Assembly: GCA_964561705.1 (NCBI GenBank) | Contig: CAZLQJ010000001.1 | Location: 45,915 to 109,914 of the forward strand | DNA length: 64,000 nt | DNA from: an uncultured Lachnoclostridium sp. | GTDB lineage: Bacteria; Bacillota; Clostridia; Lachnospirales; Lachnospiraceae | Direction: 5' to 3' | Shown: piece by piece, positions 1 to 8,418 of the stretch | Numbering within the stretch: position 1 is the first letter of the stretch | Layout of the letters: each line of letters opens with the position of its first letter | Made by a program: the position numbers and the translations under genes | The notes under the pieces: generated by a model | Databases searched by the model: none | What the model was told of the DNA's origin: nothing | Seen by the model: only the letters and a program-made list of their open reading frames with translations

Positions 1-1261
1 TCAGATCTAAAATCCCTAAGAATGCCGAAGTTGTCATTCCCTGATTACTTTCACTCAACTGATTATTGGTTTCCGTAAAAACCCGAGCTGGAGAATATCC
101 TAGCTGTGCATAATTTTTAATCATTGTTTTGGTGATCATCATCAAAAGAGCCGCTGGAACTCCCTTTCCCTGTATTTCTCCAGTCATTACTGCAAGATGT
201 GTCTGATCCACAAGAAAAAAATCATAAAAACTTCCTCCCATCTCTCTTGCCACTGCCAGCTTTGCATAAATATCAAATTCTGTTCGCTCTGGAAACGCCG
301 GAAATGTACATGGAAGCATGGAAAGCTGGATACCTGTGGCAACATTTAATTCCGCACTGATCCGCTCCTTCTCAGCAGTTACCTGGCTTAAATTTCCCAT
401 ATAAGAAACCAGTTCCTCGGTCATGTGTGTCAGACTTTCACTTAAAGCCTGTATTTCATCACCTGTATGTACTTGGGGATCCCGAAAACTCAATTCGGCC
501 GGCGAAAGACCGCTACTGCTTTGTTCCACAAAATTCACGGCACTTTCAGACATTCTGCGTACCGGTGCCACCACCGTTTTGTTGATCTGATGTAAGAGCC
601 AGCATAAAAAGACTGCGGCGATTACAACCGTTCCAATCAATACATACAGCAGATACTGCTGCAGATCTGAATAAATCTTATCCATGGGAATATCCACCCC
701 GATCAAACCTACAGCGGAACCGTCTTCCATACAGACCGGATATAATCCGGTCAATACATAACCAAATTCTGAACGGTTGGAAAGATAGGTCATTTCTTCT
801 TTTCCCTGCATTGCCTCCAGAAACTGCTCCGCCATTTCCTTCGGAAATCCCTCCCCTGACAGATCTCCCAGTGAATCAATCTCTCCATATTCTTCTTTTT
901 CTTCTTCCGTGGCAGCATTCCAAACATATACTGCATTATCCACAGACGAAGCATTCAACGGCCGGATCACATAGATAAATTCCACCTGTGATCTCATTTT
1001 TATATGATCTAGTTCTTGTTGTGTCATCGCATACTGTTTACTTTTTTCTCCGGTTTCAATACATTCGTTCATGTCCACAGGATCAATGGTACCTCTTGCA
1101 AGTTCAACAATTGTAGAAATATACTGCTGATACTGCTCCAAAATATTTTTATAATAGGTATAAAATCCCAAGGCTCCAAGGGCTGTGCTTAAAACAAGGG
1201 CAAAAACACTGCAGAACATTGCCATTTTACGGCTCAATCGTTTTTTGGATGTTCCCATCAT
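1..1261 (-). CDS. Sensor phosphatase with a Cache-like extracytoplasmic domain, HAMP and a PP2C/SpoIIE domain; partial, the C-terminus runs off the window
   Basis: My own minus-strand translation from ATG 1261 gives MMGTSKKRLSRKMAMFCSVFALVLSTALGALGFY (TM1). A second TM, LLYVLIGTVVIAAVFLCWLL, is followed by a HAMP-like segment INKTVVAPVRRMSESA. The PP2C/SpoIIE signature follows: ELNVATGIQLSMLP...REMGGSFYDFF...GEIQGKGVPAALLMM. It is absent from the ORF track because there is no stop inside the window. Its start overlaps the upstream stop (ATGA at 1258-1261). Confidence 0.8.
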   Translation of the reverse strand, partial: MMGTSKKRLSRKMAMFCSVFALVLSTALGALGFYTYYKNILEQYQQYISTIVELARGTIDPVDMNECIETGEKSKQYAMTQQELDHIKMRSQVEFIYVIRPLNASSVDNAVYVWNAATEEEKEEYGEIDSLGDLSGEGFPKEMAEQFLEAMQGKEEMTYLSNRSEFGYVLTGLYPVCMEDGSAVGLIGVDIPMDKIYSDLQQYLLYVLIGTVVIAAVFLCWLLHQINKTVVAPVRRMSESAVNFVEQSSSGLSPAELSFRDPQVHTGDEIQALSESLTHMTEELVSYMGNLSQVTAEKERISAELNVATGIQLSMLPCTFPAFPERTEFDIYAKLAVAREMGGSFYDFFLVDQTHLAVMTGEIQGKGVPAALLMMITKTMIKNYAQLGYSPARVFTETNNQLSESNQGMTTSAFLGILDL

Positions 1262-4233
1262 AAGTCCTTCCTCTCTGCCTTTTTGCTTTTATGAAATACC
1301 AATGCATAGATTCCGTTCATCAAACCGGAGACTGCTACAAATCCGGCAATTCCCGGAAGAACAGACGCCCCGGACATCATACTTCCAAAAAGAACAGGTC
1401 CTGCAGCTTCTCCGATGTTATCTACAAAATTGTAGATTCCCATGGCGGAATCTTCCCCATATTCCTTGACATCCTTCATTTCTACAAAATATAACTGCCG
1501 CACAGAACTTCCAAAACTTCCTGCTGCTCCCAACAATAAAAGTACGAAAATCAGCATTGACACAGAACTGTTCCAGCCAAATAACAAAAGTGCCGCAAAG
1601 GAAAGCAGACTGGACAGATAGATACTCGTATGTCCCAGATGTTCCGCCATGTAGTTAGTTGCTGCCACACTCAGATACACACTGCACAAAGAATTCAGCA
1701 TCAGCAAAAGGCAAACTGTATTTTCACTAAATCCCATGGCATCTCCATAAATTGGCACATAATAAAATACAAAACTGTTGATGATCACATAGGGTACTTG
1801 TATGAGAAGCAGATAGGAAACCGCTCTTTTGGATCTCCACAATGCTTTTCCAGACGTTTTCTTTCCTGGATCGACCGAAACCTTTGCCACGTATCTACCC
1901 ATAAACCAGAACAATACTGCAACCAGAAGCCATCCCGAAGCCGAACAGACAAAAACGGTTCTCTGTCCTATACTTCCTGCCAGAGATGCTCCCAACATCA
2001 TGCCGCAGTTAATGCCCGAAAGACTTCCTGCATTTAAGATAGAAAACCCTTCCTGACGCACCTGACTGTCCTGTGTATCTGCAATAAAAATATTCAGGGA
2101 GTTGCTGATCAGTCCCATACCTATTCCATTAAAGATCAGTCCCGCCACCAGACACAGATAATCTCCCCCAAAAAACAGGAGCAGATCACCACACATACTT
2201 ACCAGTCCGCTGACAGCTGCAACACATCGAAATGAAAATCTTCGCAGAAGTTTTGCACAAAACAATGAGGTCAATCCAATAAATGCCATATTTAACGTAA
2301 TCGGCAGAGAAGCTGCCAGTTCTCTCGAAATTCCCAAGGAATCTGTTACGAAGCCTGCCGCGTAAACCGGAAGAAAAGAACTTGCGATATTAAATGCAAT
2401 ATAAGTGATGAAAATACTGCATCGAAGCAAATGAAGGGGCATTCCCTCATGATTTTTCTGCTTTTCCTCCTGATATTTCGTCCTTAAGTCAAAGAAGGAT
2501 AAGATTTCCCCAAACAGGAATAAAACGATCAGGATCACCATCACCAGATTCAGCATGATCGAATTTCTCATTTCATCCACCTTGGTTGTGATCACCTCTG
2601 AAGTTGTTCCAATCTCAATCACACCAGCTACCTGACCTGCACTTGTCAGCACCGGCACCCGGACATAAATATAGGAACCTGTCACATCATCTTTCCCGTC
2701 ATTTCTAACAGAATCACCTGTTTCATAGATATATCCCAATTCTTTGGTTTCTTCTTCATCTAAGGGATAATAGGTTCCTATCGAATTATCCAGATAGGCA
2801 ATGGCAAACCCCTTCTTCTCTTCCAGTCGGAGTACATTTCCATACATTTCCCGGACAGACGCATCTTCCCTGTTCAGCGCCAATTCCATGGTCTCCATGA
2901 TCGCTTTGTAATCTTCACCCATATAATCTTCACAGGTTCTTATCCTCTGCAGGCGGTCTCCATCCATCATCCCGCTGGTTGTATATGCCAAAGCGTAAAG
3001 TTTACTGACCAATTCTTCTCTGTAAATACCGGAAAACTGTTCCAAAAGCTGGGTAACGATGATCATGGCAACCAAAGCTGCCGTACCTGCTGCCAAAAGA
3101 CCGCTTCTTTGCACCGTTGATAGTCGAATTTCCTTTACCCGGCTGAAAATACGAAGGATCAACCATAAACCTGAAATCACTGTCAGAACTGTTGTTGCCT
3201 GATAAAGCGTTTCTTCCATCAGATAGGAAAAACTCTTCTCATATGCATAGACCGTGTCTATCTCTGTATGTTCCTGCATCCGCATGGAAATTCCCCAGTC
3301 ATTCCAAATACCTAAGGCAGTCGTTCCATCCTTCTGTAACGCAGAAGTGATCGTTAAGACCTGGCCCTGATCCATATAGGTCTCTAAAGTTCCGCTTTCC
3401 TTTGACAGACGATAGATCTGATTGGTACGGATATCTGTGATATAAAGATTTTCTTCCCCATCGGATGCTAGCCGGTAAAAGGCAGTTTTTCCAATATATT
3501 GTGGATCCCCGGCCGTATCATATAAAATTTCTACCGCATTTTTCCTTCCCTTTAGAACTTTTCCACGCTTATCCAGTGCATAAACCGTCTGCGCCTGAAA
3601 ATCAATTTCGTAATCCTGAATCAGATCAAACGCATTGGGATACGCAAAAAACTGTTCTTCACGGATCTCACCATTTTCCAATGAAATACGAAACATGGAA
3701 AATCCGTCCTGATCAGACTGAACATAGTACAAACTGTTTTCCACACAAGTCAATGCAAACAGTTTGTGCTTATTTACCCATTCTTCATAAGAAATATCCA
3801 AAATGGTATCTTCATAATTTCCATCCCTGTCATACACGAGGATACATTCTCTTCCGATGGCTGACCCCGTTTCATCCCAACTGGCATCCAACAGATAGAT
3901 CTTTCCATCTTCTCCAAATGCCAGGTCTTCCGCATACCAAAAGGTATCGGCCTCCTTCTCATTGCTTTTGAGCAGAAATTCCACCTTTTGATCCCGGTTA
4001 ACCTTTAAAACTCTGGAACGTTCTTCATCGATCACATAGATATTCCCCTGTGCATCTGCCTGTGCCAGATATGGATTGACAAGTTCCACCTCTCTTCCAG
4101 GGCGGATCTCATACCAGTCCTTCCACTCCCTGATACCTGTCAGTGCCAGAAAAAACAGCACAAGCATCAGCACATCCCACTTTAAGATTTTTTTCTGTGT
4201 GACAAATCTTTTGATCTTCTCCCATTTTTTCAT
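1258..4233 (-). CDS. Chimeric membrane protein: N-terminal NHL-like beta-propeller and Cache-like sensor domains fused to a C-terminal 12-TM MFS transporter
   Basis: ORF 1258..4311; the likely start is MKKWEKIKRF at 4233. NHL-like strand motifs are present (GNIYVIDEERSRVLKV, GKIYLLDASWDETG, NLYITDIRTNQIYRL). A ~190-aa domain between TMs ends in GQVAGVIEIGTT. The C-terminal half is typical MFS, with many TMs (LPVYAAGFV, GLIFNGIGMGL, GAAGSFGSS, DNIGEAAGPVLFG). Confidence 0.75.
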   Translation of the reverse strand: MKKWEKIKRFVTQKKILKWDVLMLVLFFLALTGIREWKDWYEIRPGREVELVNPYLAQADAQGNIYVIDEERSRVLKVNRDQKVEFLLKSNEKEADTFWYAEDLAFGEDGKIYLLDASWDETGSAIGRECILVYDRDGNYEDTILDISYEEWVNKHKLFALTCVENSLYYVQSDQDGFSMFRISLENGEIREEQFFAYPNAFDLIQDYEIDFQAQTVYALDKRGKVLKGRKNAVEILYDTAGDPQYIGKTAFYRLASDGEENLYITDIRTNQIYRLSKESGTLETYMDQGQVLTITSALQKDGTTALGIWNDWGISMRMQEHTEIDTVYAYEKSFSYLMEETLYQATTVLTVISGLWLILRIFSRVKEIRLSTVQRSGLLAAGTAALVAMIIVTQLLEQFSGIYREELVSKLYALAYTTSGMMDGDRLQRIRTCEDYMGEDYKAIMETMELALNREDASVREMYGNVLRLEEKKGFAIAYLDNSIGTYYPLDEEETKELGYIYETGDSVRNDGKDDVTGSYIYVRVPVLTSAGQVAGVIEIGTTSEVITTKVDEMRNSIMLNLVMVILIVLFLFGEILSFFDLRTKYQEEKQKNHEGMPLHLLRCSIFITYIAFNIASSFLPVYAAGFVTDSLGISRELAASLPITLNMAFIGLTSLFCAKLLRRFSFRCVAAVSGLVSMCGDLLLFFGGDYLCLVAGLIFNGIGMGLISNSLNIFIADTQDSQVRQEGFSILNAGSLSGINCGMMLGASLAGSIGQRTVFVCSASGWLLVAVLFWFMGRYVAKVSVDPGKKTSGKALWRSKRAVSYLLLIQVPYVIINSFVFYYVPIYGDAMGFSENTVCLLLMLNSLCSVYLSVAATNYMAEHLGHTSIYLSSLLSFAALLLFGWNSSVSMLIFVLLLLGAAGSFGSSVRQLYFVEMKDVKEYGEDSAMGIYNFVDNIGEAAGPVLFGSMMSGASVLPGIAGFVAVSGLMNGIYALVFHKSKKAERKDL

Positions 4234-4249
4234 TTGATCATTTCCCTTC

Positions 4250-5629
4250 TCATTCCCTTGTTGCTTCCAAATATTCCTTATCTTCCAGCGGTGCATTAAA
4301 AATCGTATCACGATGATTTTTACTCAGCCGTTCCGGATAAAGAATAGAAGATAATGTAAATGCTGATTGATGAACCTTTTTGCACTTCCTATAAGAATCT
4401 GTTTCATCCAGGTTATCAATCTGGATGACCTGCTCTGTCCCCCAAAAATAAAAAGGTAGCGCCAGCATCGAAATATAATCGAAAATCGCATCCGTTTTTT
4501 TCCTTTTTGAAGTCATCCGATGGATCAGTCCTGATTTTTGAAAATAAATTTCCCTTTTTTCATGAAATTCCTTACATAATTCCTGATCTCTTTCATGTAA
4601 AACTTTCACTTCAATCTGTGGGTATTTTTTCTTTAAATTTTCAATTCTTTCCAGATAAAGATCGGCAATCTTTCGTGTTTGTGAACGGAAGTCCAAAACA
4701 ATCTGCTCCCGCATCTTTTCCTCCAGAGGTGCCAGTACGGTTTCTAAATACTTCAGATAAGAAATATCCGGAATCGGAATTGCGATCTTCGCCCCAAGAG
4801 CCTTTGCAAATTCAAACAGCACCTCCAGACTTTGCTGTTCCTGTACCGTTACACTCTTTTTCCGGTTTCGAAAGCTGATTTTTTTGATCTTTTGATGCCA
4901 ATGTTCCACATGATCCGCAAAATCTATTTTTCCGGGTTGTTGGTCATATCGTCTCCCACTGCTGAAATCATAGGAAAACGCTCTGCCATCTTTGTGACAG
5001 ATAATCACCTCCACTTCGTATGTTCCAAAAAGACACGGTCCTCCCACGATCCCAATCGTTTTTCCCTCTTCTACTGATTTCCTGATACTTGGAATATCTG
5101 AAAAAAACAGCGGACATTCCCGGATCCAGGGAAGATTAACCGTATGCAGGATTGGAAGCTTTTTTTCAAGATCGGAAAAATCCCCCATGCTCACTGTATT
5201 TTTATATACGAAGGTCTGACGTTTTTTCAGTCCATAGATTTTCTGCATCTCCCATTCTGCTTCTGCTTCATAATAGGCATTCATATCCCTTAAAGCCTTT
5301 CCAATCCCCTGTTTTGCACAGCGAAGTGCCTGAATTTCTGTCCTATGCTCATACCCTGCCGGATCTGCCTTTTTTAATTCTTTTAACTTTCCGGCAATCG
5401 ACCTTTCTTCCTCTTTTAACCTTTGATAGATTTCATTTTGTTTCTTCTGGTCTGTTTTTTCCAAAAAAACATCTTGACTCCATGAATTGTCTATCCATTT
5501 ATCCAAAGTTTCTAATTGAAAGAAATCACCGGCTGTAATTACAAAATCCCGAACCTGTGGATTACATAAAATATAAATTGTTTCTTCTGCTGATTGCTTG
5601 TTTAAGAGTTCATTGATCGATGTTCTCAT
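4250..5629 (-). CDS. Hypothetical cytoplasmic protein (459 aa); no family recognised
   Basis: Long ORF in the operon frame, with 16-22 nt gaps to both neighbours. No TM segments and no motif I can assign. Confidence 0.6.
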   Translation of the reverse strand: MRTSINELLNKQSAEETIYILCNPQVRDFVITAGDFFQLETLDKWIDNSWSQDVFLEKTDQKKQNEIYQRLKEEERSIAGKLKELKKADPAGYEHRTEIQALRCAKQGIGKALRDMNAYYEAEAEWEMQKIYGLKKRQTFVYKNTVSMGDFSDLEKKLPILHTVNLPWIRECPLFFSDIPSIRKSVEEGKTIGIVGGPCLFGTYEVEVIICHKDGRAFSYDFSSGRRYDQQPGKIDFADHVEHWHQKIKKISFRNRKKSVTVQEQQSLEVLFEFAKALGAKIAIPIPDISYLKYLETVLAPLEEKMREQIVLDFRSQTRKIADLYLERIENLKKKYPQIEVKVLHERDQELCKEFHEKREIYFQKSGLIHRMTSKRKKTDAIFDYISMLALPFYFWGTEQVIQIDNLDETDSYRKCKKVHQSAFTLSSILYPERLSKNHRDTIFNAPLEDKEYLEATRE

Positions 5630-5651
5630 TTTTCATTTCCTGCACTTCACA

Positions 5652-6641
5652 TTAATATTCTTCTAATTGAATCTGCTTCTTACCTGTATTTTGAATTTCC
5701 TGACACCGGTTGCAAAGATATAGATATTGCTTTGCTGCACCATCCATACGATTTGCCTTTAATACCTCTATAAAATGAAGTCTTGCATCATAAAATTTCT
5801 GTTCCTGAAAAAGGTGCACCCCCTTTTCAAACAAAAGTTTTGTTTTACGTTTCAGATTTCTGCTTACCTGATCGTCTCCGTCATAAACATCATAAATATT
5901 TTCAAAAGCTCCAGAAGAACGTATTAGGATTTTCCCCAGATAACGGCTGTTATAATTTCTTTCAAAATCCCTGATCTGTTCCTTCAGTCCTCCTGTCAGC
6001 AGGATCCGTGCACCATACCGATTTCCGATTTCCTGTAAAAAATCAGCAAATCCCGTAGTTTCTGAGATAGTCAGTGTACCAAATCGTTTTTCATCACCAA
6101 CCATCCCAACCATCACATCTCCGTAGGCAAGCCCCATTGCAAATTCCTGTGCCCCTGTTTCCTTCAAATCCATCGCCTCGCAGATTGAAATCGCTGCTCT
6201 TAATGCTCCTTCCGGACTTTTTAGAAAAAACGCCTTTAGACCGGCATCTACAAACCGGTCTATTTCCCCTTCCTGATATAATACAGATGGAACAACATGC
6301 TTTAGTACATCATTAATATATTGAAAGATTTCTTCTGCTGTTTTGGTACGAATCCAATGAAGAAATCCATGAATATTAAAGGACAACACTGCAGCCGGAA
6401 CCACTTTGGGCTCTCCAAGACGAATTTTTCCTAAAGTTCCATTCTGTAAAAGATCCAGAAGCTGTTTTGGCAGCATTGCCTCCTGCAATGTTTTGTTTTT
6501 TACTGCTTCTTCAGATATGTGAGTGCCTGTACTTACCTGTTGTTTTAGCTTATTGTTCTTTCTGATCAGCCAGAGGAATACTCCTGCAATGCAGCCCCAA
6601 AGGAGGCACAAGAGTATTGTTCCTATTATTTTTGTACTCAT
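5652..6641 (-). CDS. Membrane-anchored protein with a degenerate class III nucleotidyl-cyclase homology domain and a C-terminal helical (TPR-like) region
   Basis: N-terminal TM IIGTILLCLLWGCIAGVFLWLI. The cyclase-like core is AAVLSFNIHGFLHW ... IDRFVDAGLKAFF ... GLAYGDVMVGMVGDEKRFGTLTISETTGFADFLQE ... ARILLTG. Canonical FxDIxGFT reads FNIHGF, and the GDxVNxAxR segment reads SETTGFADF. The RBS AGGGGAGGA lies 16 nt after the PAAR-like stop. Confidence 0.6.
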   Translation of the reverse strand: MSTKIIGTILLCLLWGCIAGVFLWLIRKNNKLKQQVSTGTHISEEAVKNKTLQEAMLPKQLLDLLQNGTLGKIRLGEPKVVPAAVLSFNIHGFLHWIRTKTAEEIFQYINDVLKHVVPSVLYQEGEIDRFVDAGLKAFFLKSPEGALRAAISICEAMDLKETGAQEFAMGLAYGDVMVGMVGDEKRFGTLTISETTGFADFLQEIGNRYGARILLTGGLKEQIRDFERNYNSRYLGKILIRSSGAFENIYDVYDGDDQVSRNLKRKTKLLFEKGVHLFQEQKFYDARLHFIEVLKANRMDGAAKQYLYLCNRCQEIQNTGKKQIQLEEY

Positions 6642-6657
6642 AGGTATTTTTCCTCCC

Positions 6658-7044
6658 CTATTTTACCTGCACATTGACTGTGCTGGGATTCTGTATCTGG
6701 ATCACTCCTCCATAAGCACACATACATTTACTGGTTTGTGTAAGACACGGTTTTCCTCCTACCAGGATTGTGGGACTTCCCGGTGCCCAAGGAGCAGTGA
6801 TCACAGGAATACAAGGCATGGGAGTCAGCACGCCCATTGCCGCTGCTGTTGCCGAAGCCACGGTAGGGTTTGACATACTGCTGCACATTCCAAAAGGCAG
6901 AATATTCACCATTGGTACCTGATCCATGATCGTCGCCATCGGCATCTTGCTCATCACTCTTGCCGCCGGCAAAACTGTTAATGCAGAAGGTGCTGCACCA
7001 AAACTGCACATCAATGTGGCACCGCCAAATACGCCAAAACTCAT
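6658..7044 (-). CDS. DUF4280-type PAAR-like spike-tip protein (Afp10 analogue)
   Basis: The product MSFGVFGGATLMCSFGAAPSALTVLPAARVM...ILPFGMCSSMSNPTVASATAAAMGVLTPMPCIPVITAPWAPGSPTILVGGKPCLTQTSKCMCAYGGVIQI matches the DUF4280 pattern. The start ATG at 7044 overlaps the upstream TGA (ATGA), so the longer ORF 6658..7155 is an extension artefact. Confidence 0.8.
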   Translation of the reverse strand: MSFGVFGGATLMCSFGAAPSALTVLPAARVMSKMPMATIMDQVPMVNILPFGMCSSMSNPTVASATAAAMGVLTPMPCIPVITAPWAPGSPTILVGGKPCLTQTSKCMCAYGGVIQIQNPSTVNVQVK

Positions 7045-7823
7045 CCTTTTTTCTCCTCTTCGTAAATTTCTTCTGTGATTTTGTTTTCCTTCTCTGGAAA
7101 CAGCTGCAAGATCCTGCAGATTTCCGGTTCCTGTTCTTTTCCTTTGATCAGGCAAATACTGTTTTCCGTCGGAATATGACGGATCGGCAGATAAAACCGG
7201 CCTTCCCGATCTGCTGTTACTTCATACACCGGGTAGATTGAAGTTCCCACCTTTTTATAACTATTTTTCAACGGATGTTCCATCTGACACACTTCATCCC
7301 TTTGATCAGTAATCCTAAAAAATTCTCTTGTTTCTCCATTTTTAATACAGAGTGTTTTTCCTTCTAAATGTATGATTTCCGGCAAAAAGATGGAGATTTC
7401 CTTCCTCTTCGTTTTCGGTTCATAATCGTATAAAAGCTTATAATTTTTCTTCTGTTCCGGAAACAACAATCGTATCCGGCTATATGGCCGAATCTTCCCT
7501 TTAATACAGGTCGCTCCTGCCGGAAGCGGATAAGCAGCATTTGGAAGCATACGGATCTGAAACACCTGTATTCCATTTCCAAGAGGAAATTCCAATACCT
7601 GTTTCTGATAAAGCGGATCTTCCATGCAAATGCTTACACGGCTTCCTTCTAGATCACAAAACACATGATATCCATCCATTTTACGGATTGACTGTCTGCT
7701 TCCGTCTTCTGTATACATACGAAAAGAAGGGCTTTTGATCACATTTTCTGTAAAATCGTCTATTGGAAGGATTACCAGAGATACTTCTCTTTTTAACCTT
7801 ACAGTCATATAGTTCCTATTCAT
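7041..7823 (-). CDS. eCIS-associated hypothetical protein (260 aa)
   Basis: Its ATG directly follows the TAG of the cap gene (TAGATG at 7821-7826), and its TGA overlaps the ATG of the PAAR-like gene. No recognisable motif; acidic C-terminal tail EEIYEEEKKG. Confidence 0.6.
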   Translation of the reverse strand: MNRNYMTVRLKREVSLVILPIDDFTENVIKSPSFRMYTEDGSRQSIRKMDGYHVFCDLEGSRVSICMEDPLYQKQVLEFPLGNGIQVFQIRMLPNAAYPLPAGATCIKGKIRPYSRIRLLFPEQKKNYKLLYDYEPKTKRKEISIFLPEIIHLEGKTLCIKNGETREFFRITDQRDEVCQMEHPLKNSYKKVGTSIYPVYEVTADREGRFYLPIRHIPTENSICLIKGKEQEPEICRILQLFPEKENKITEEIYEEEKKG

Positions 7824-8393
7824 CTATTCCTCCACGCGAAATTCTACGCTGCCAACCCGTTGGATGTCTCTTGTTTTTGAAGATTCTATGGAAACCGGTC
7901 CCACTTTATAGAAAAGAGAAGGTTTCACCGCAAGATTCGGAAAATTCCATAATTTGATCTTTTCATCCATCTCCAGCTTTCTCATTTCCAAACGAACTCC
8001 TTCACGTCCTTTGCCGCTGATAAATTCCATACTTTCTGTATCCAGTACTCCATAATCTCTGAAAATCTGGATGACTCTTCCCATGATCCTTTGTTCTTCT
8101 TCTGCCCGGAATTTCACATCACTGGCTGAAAATGCAGTAATCATATAGGAAAGAGACAGATACACCGGCGGATATTTTTGTCGTTTGATCCCATCAGAAA
8201 CCATTCCACTCTGTCGGTAATCCTCACTCTCACTCACATCATACAAATGCACACATAAGGTCAAATCTCCTCTGTCAGCCGGTGTTGCCAATCCGATCGC
8301 ATCCGCATTTTGAATGATCTGGGGCACCAATTCTTTTCTCAGCAGCCGCACCAATGCATTCCCAGTTTCCGTAATAACCGTATAACTGCCCAT
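7824..8393 (-). CDS. DUF4255-type tail terminator/cap protein (Afp16/Pvc16 N-terminal-domain-like)
   Basis: The sequence MGSYTVITETGNALVRLLRKELVPQII...DLTLCVHLYDVSESEDYRQ...PPVYLSLSYMITAFS fits the DUF4255 pattern. A GGAGG lies 8 nt upstream of ATG 8393, and the longer track ORF would overlap the previous gene. Confidence 0.8.
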   Translation of the reverse strand: MGSYTVITETGNALVRLLRKELVPQIIQNADAIGLATPADRGDLTLCVHLYDVSESEDYRQSGMVSDGIKRQKYPPVYLSLSYMITAFSASDVKFRAEEEQRIMGRVIQIFRDYGVLDTESMEFISGKGREGVRLEMRKLEMDEKIKLWNFPNLAVKPSLFYKVGPVSIESSKTRDIQRVGSVEFRVEE

Positions 8394-8418
8394 GACTGCT
8401 TCCTCCATTTCTTTCTGT

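Noticed and set aside
4250-6641. Pycsar/CBASS-like anti-phage module (cyclase plus effector)
   Set aside because: The cyclase domain lacks the first metal-binding Asp and the Asn/Arg transition-state residues. The adjacent 459-aa protein shows no cNMP-binding, TIR, patatin or TM effector features.
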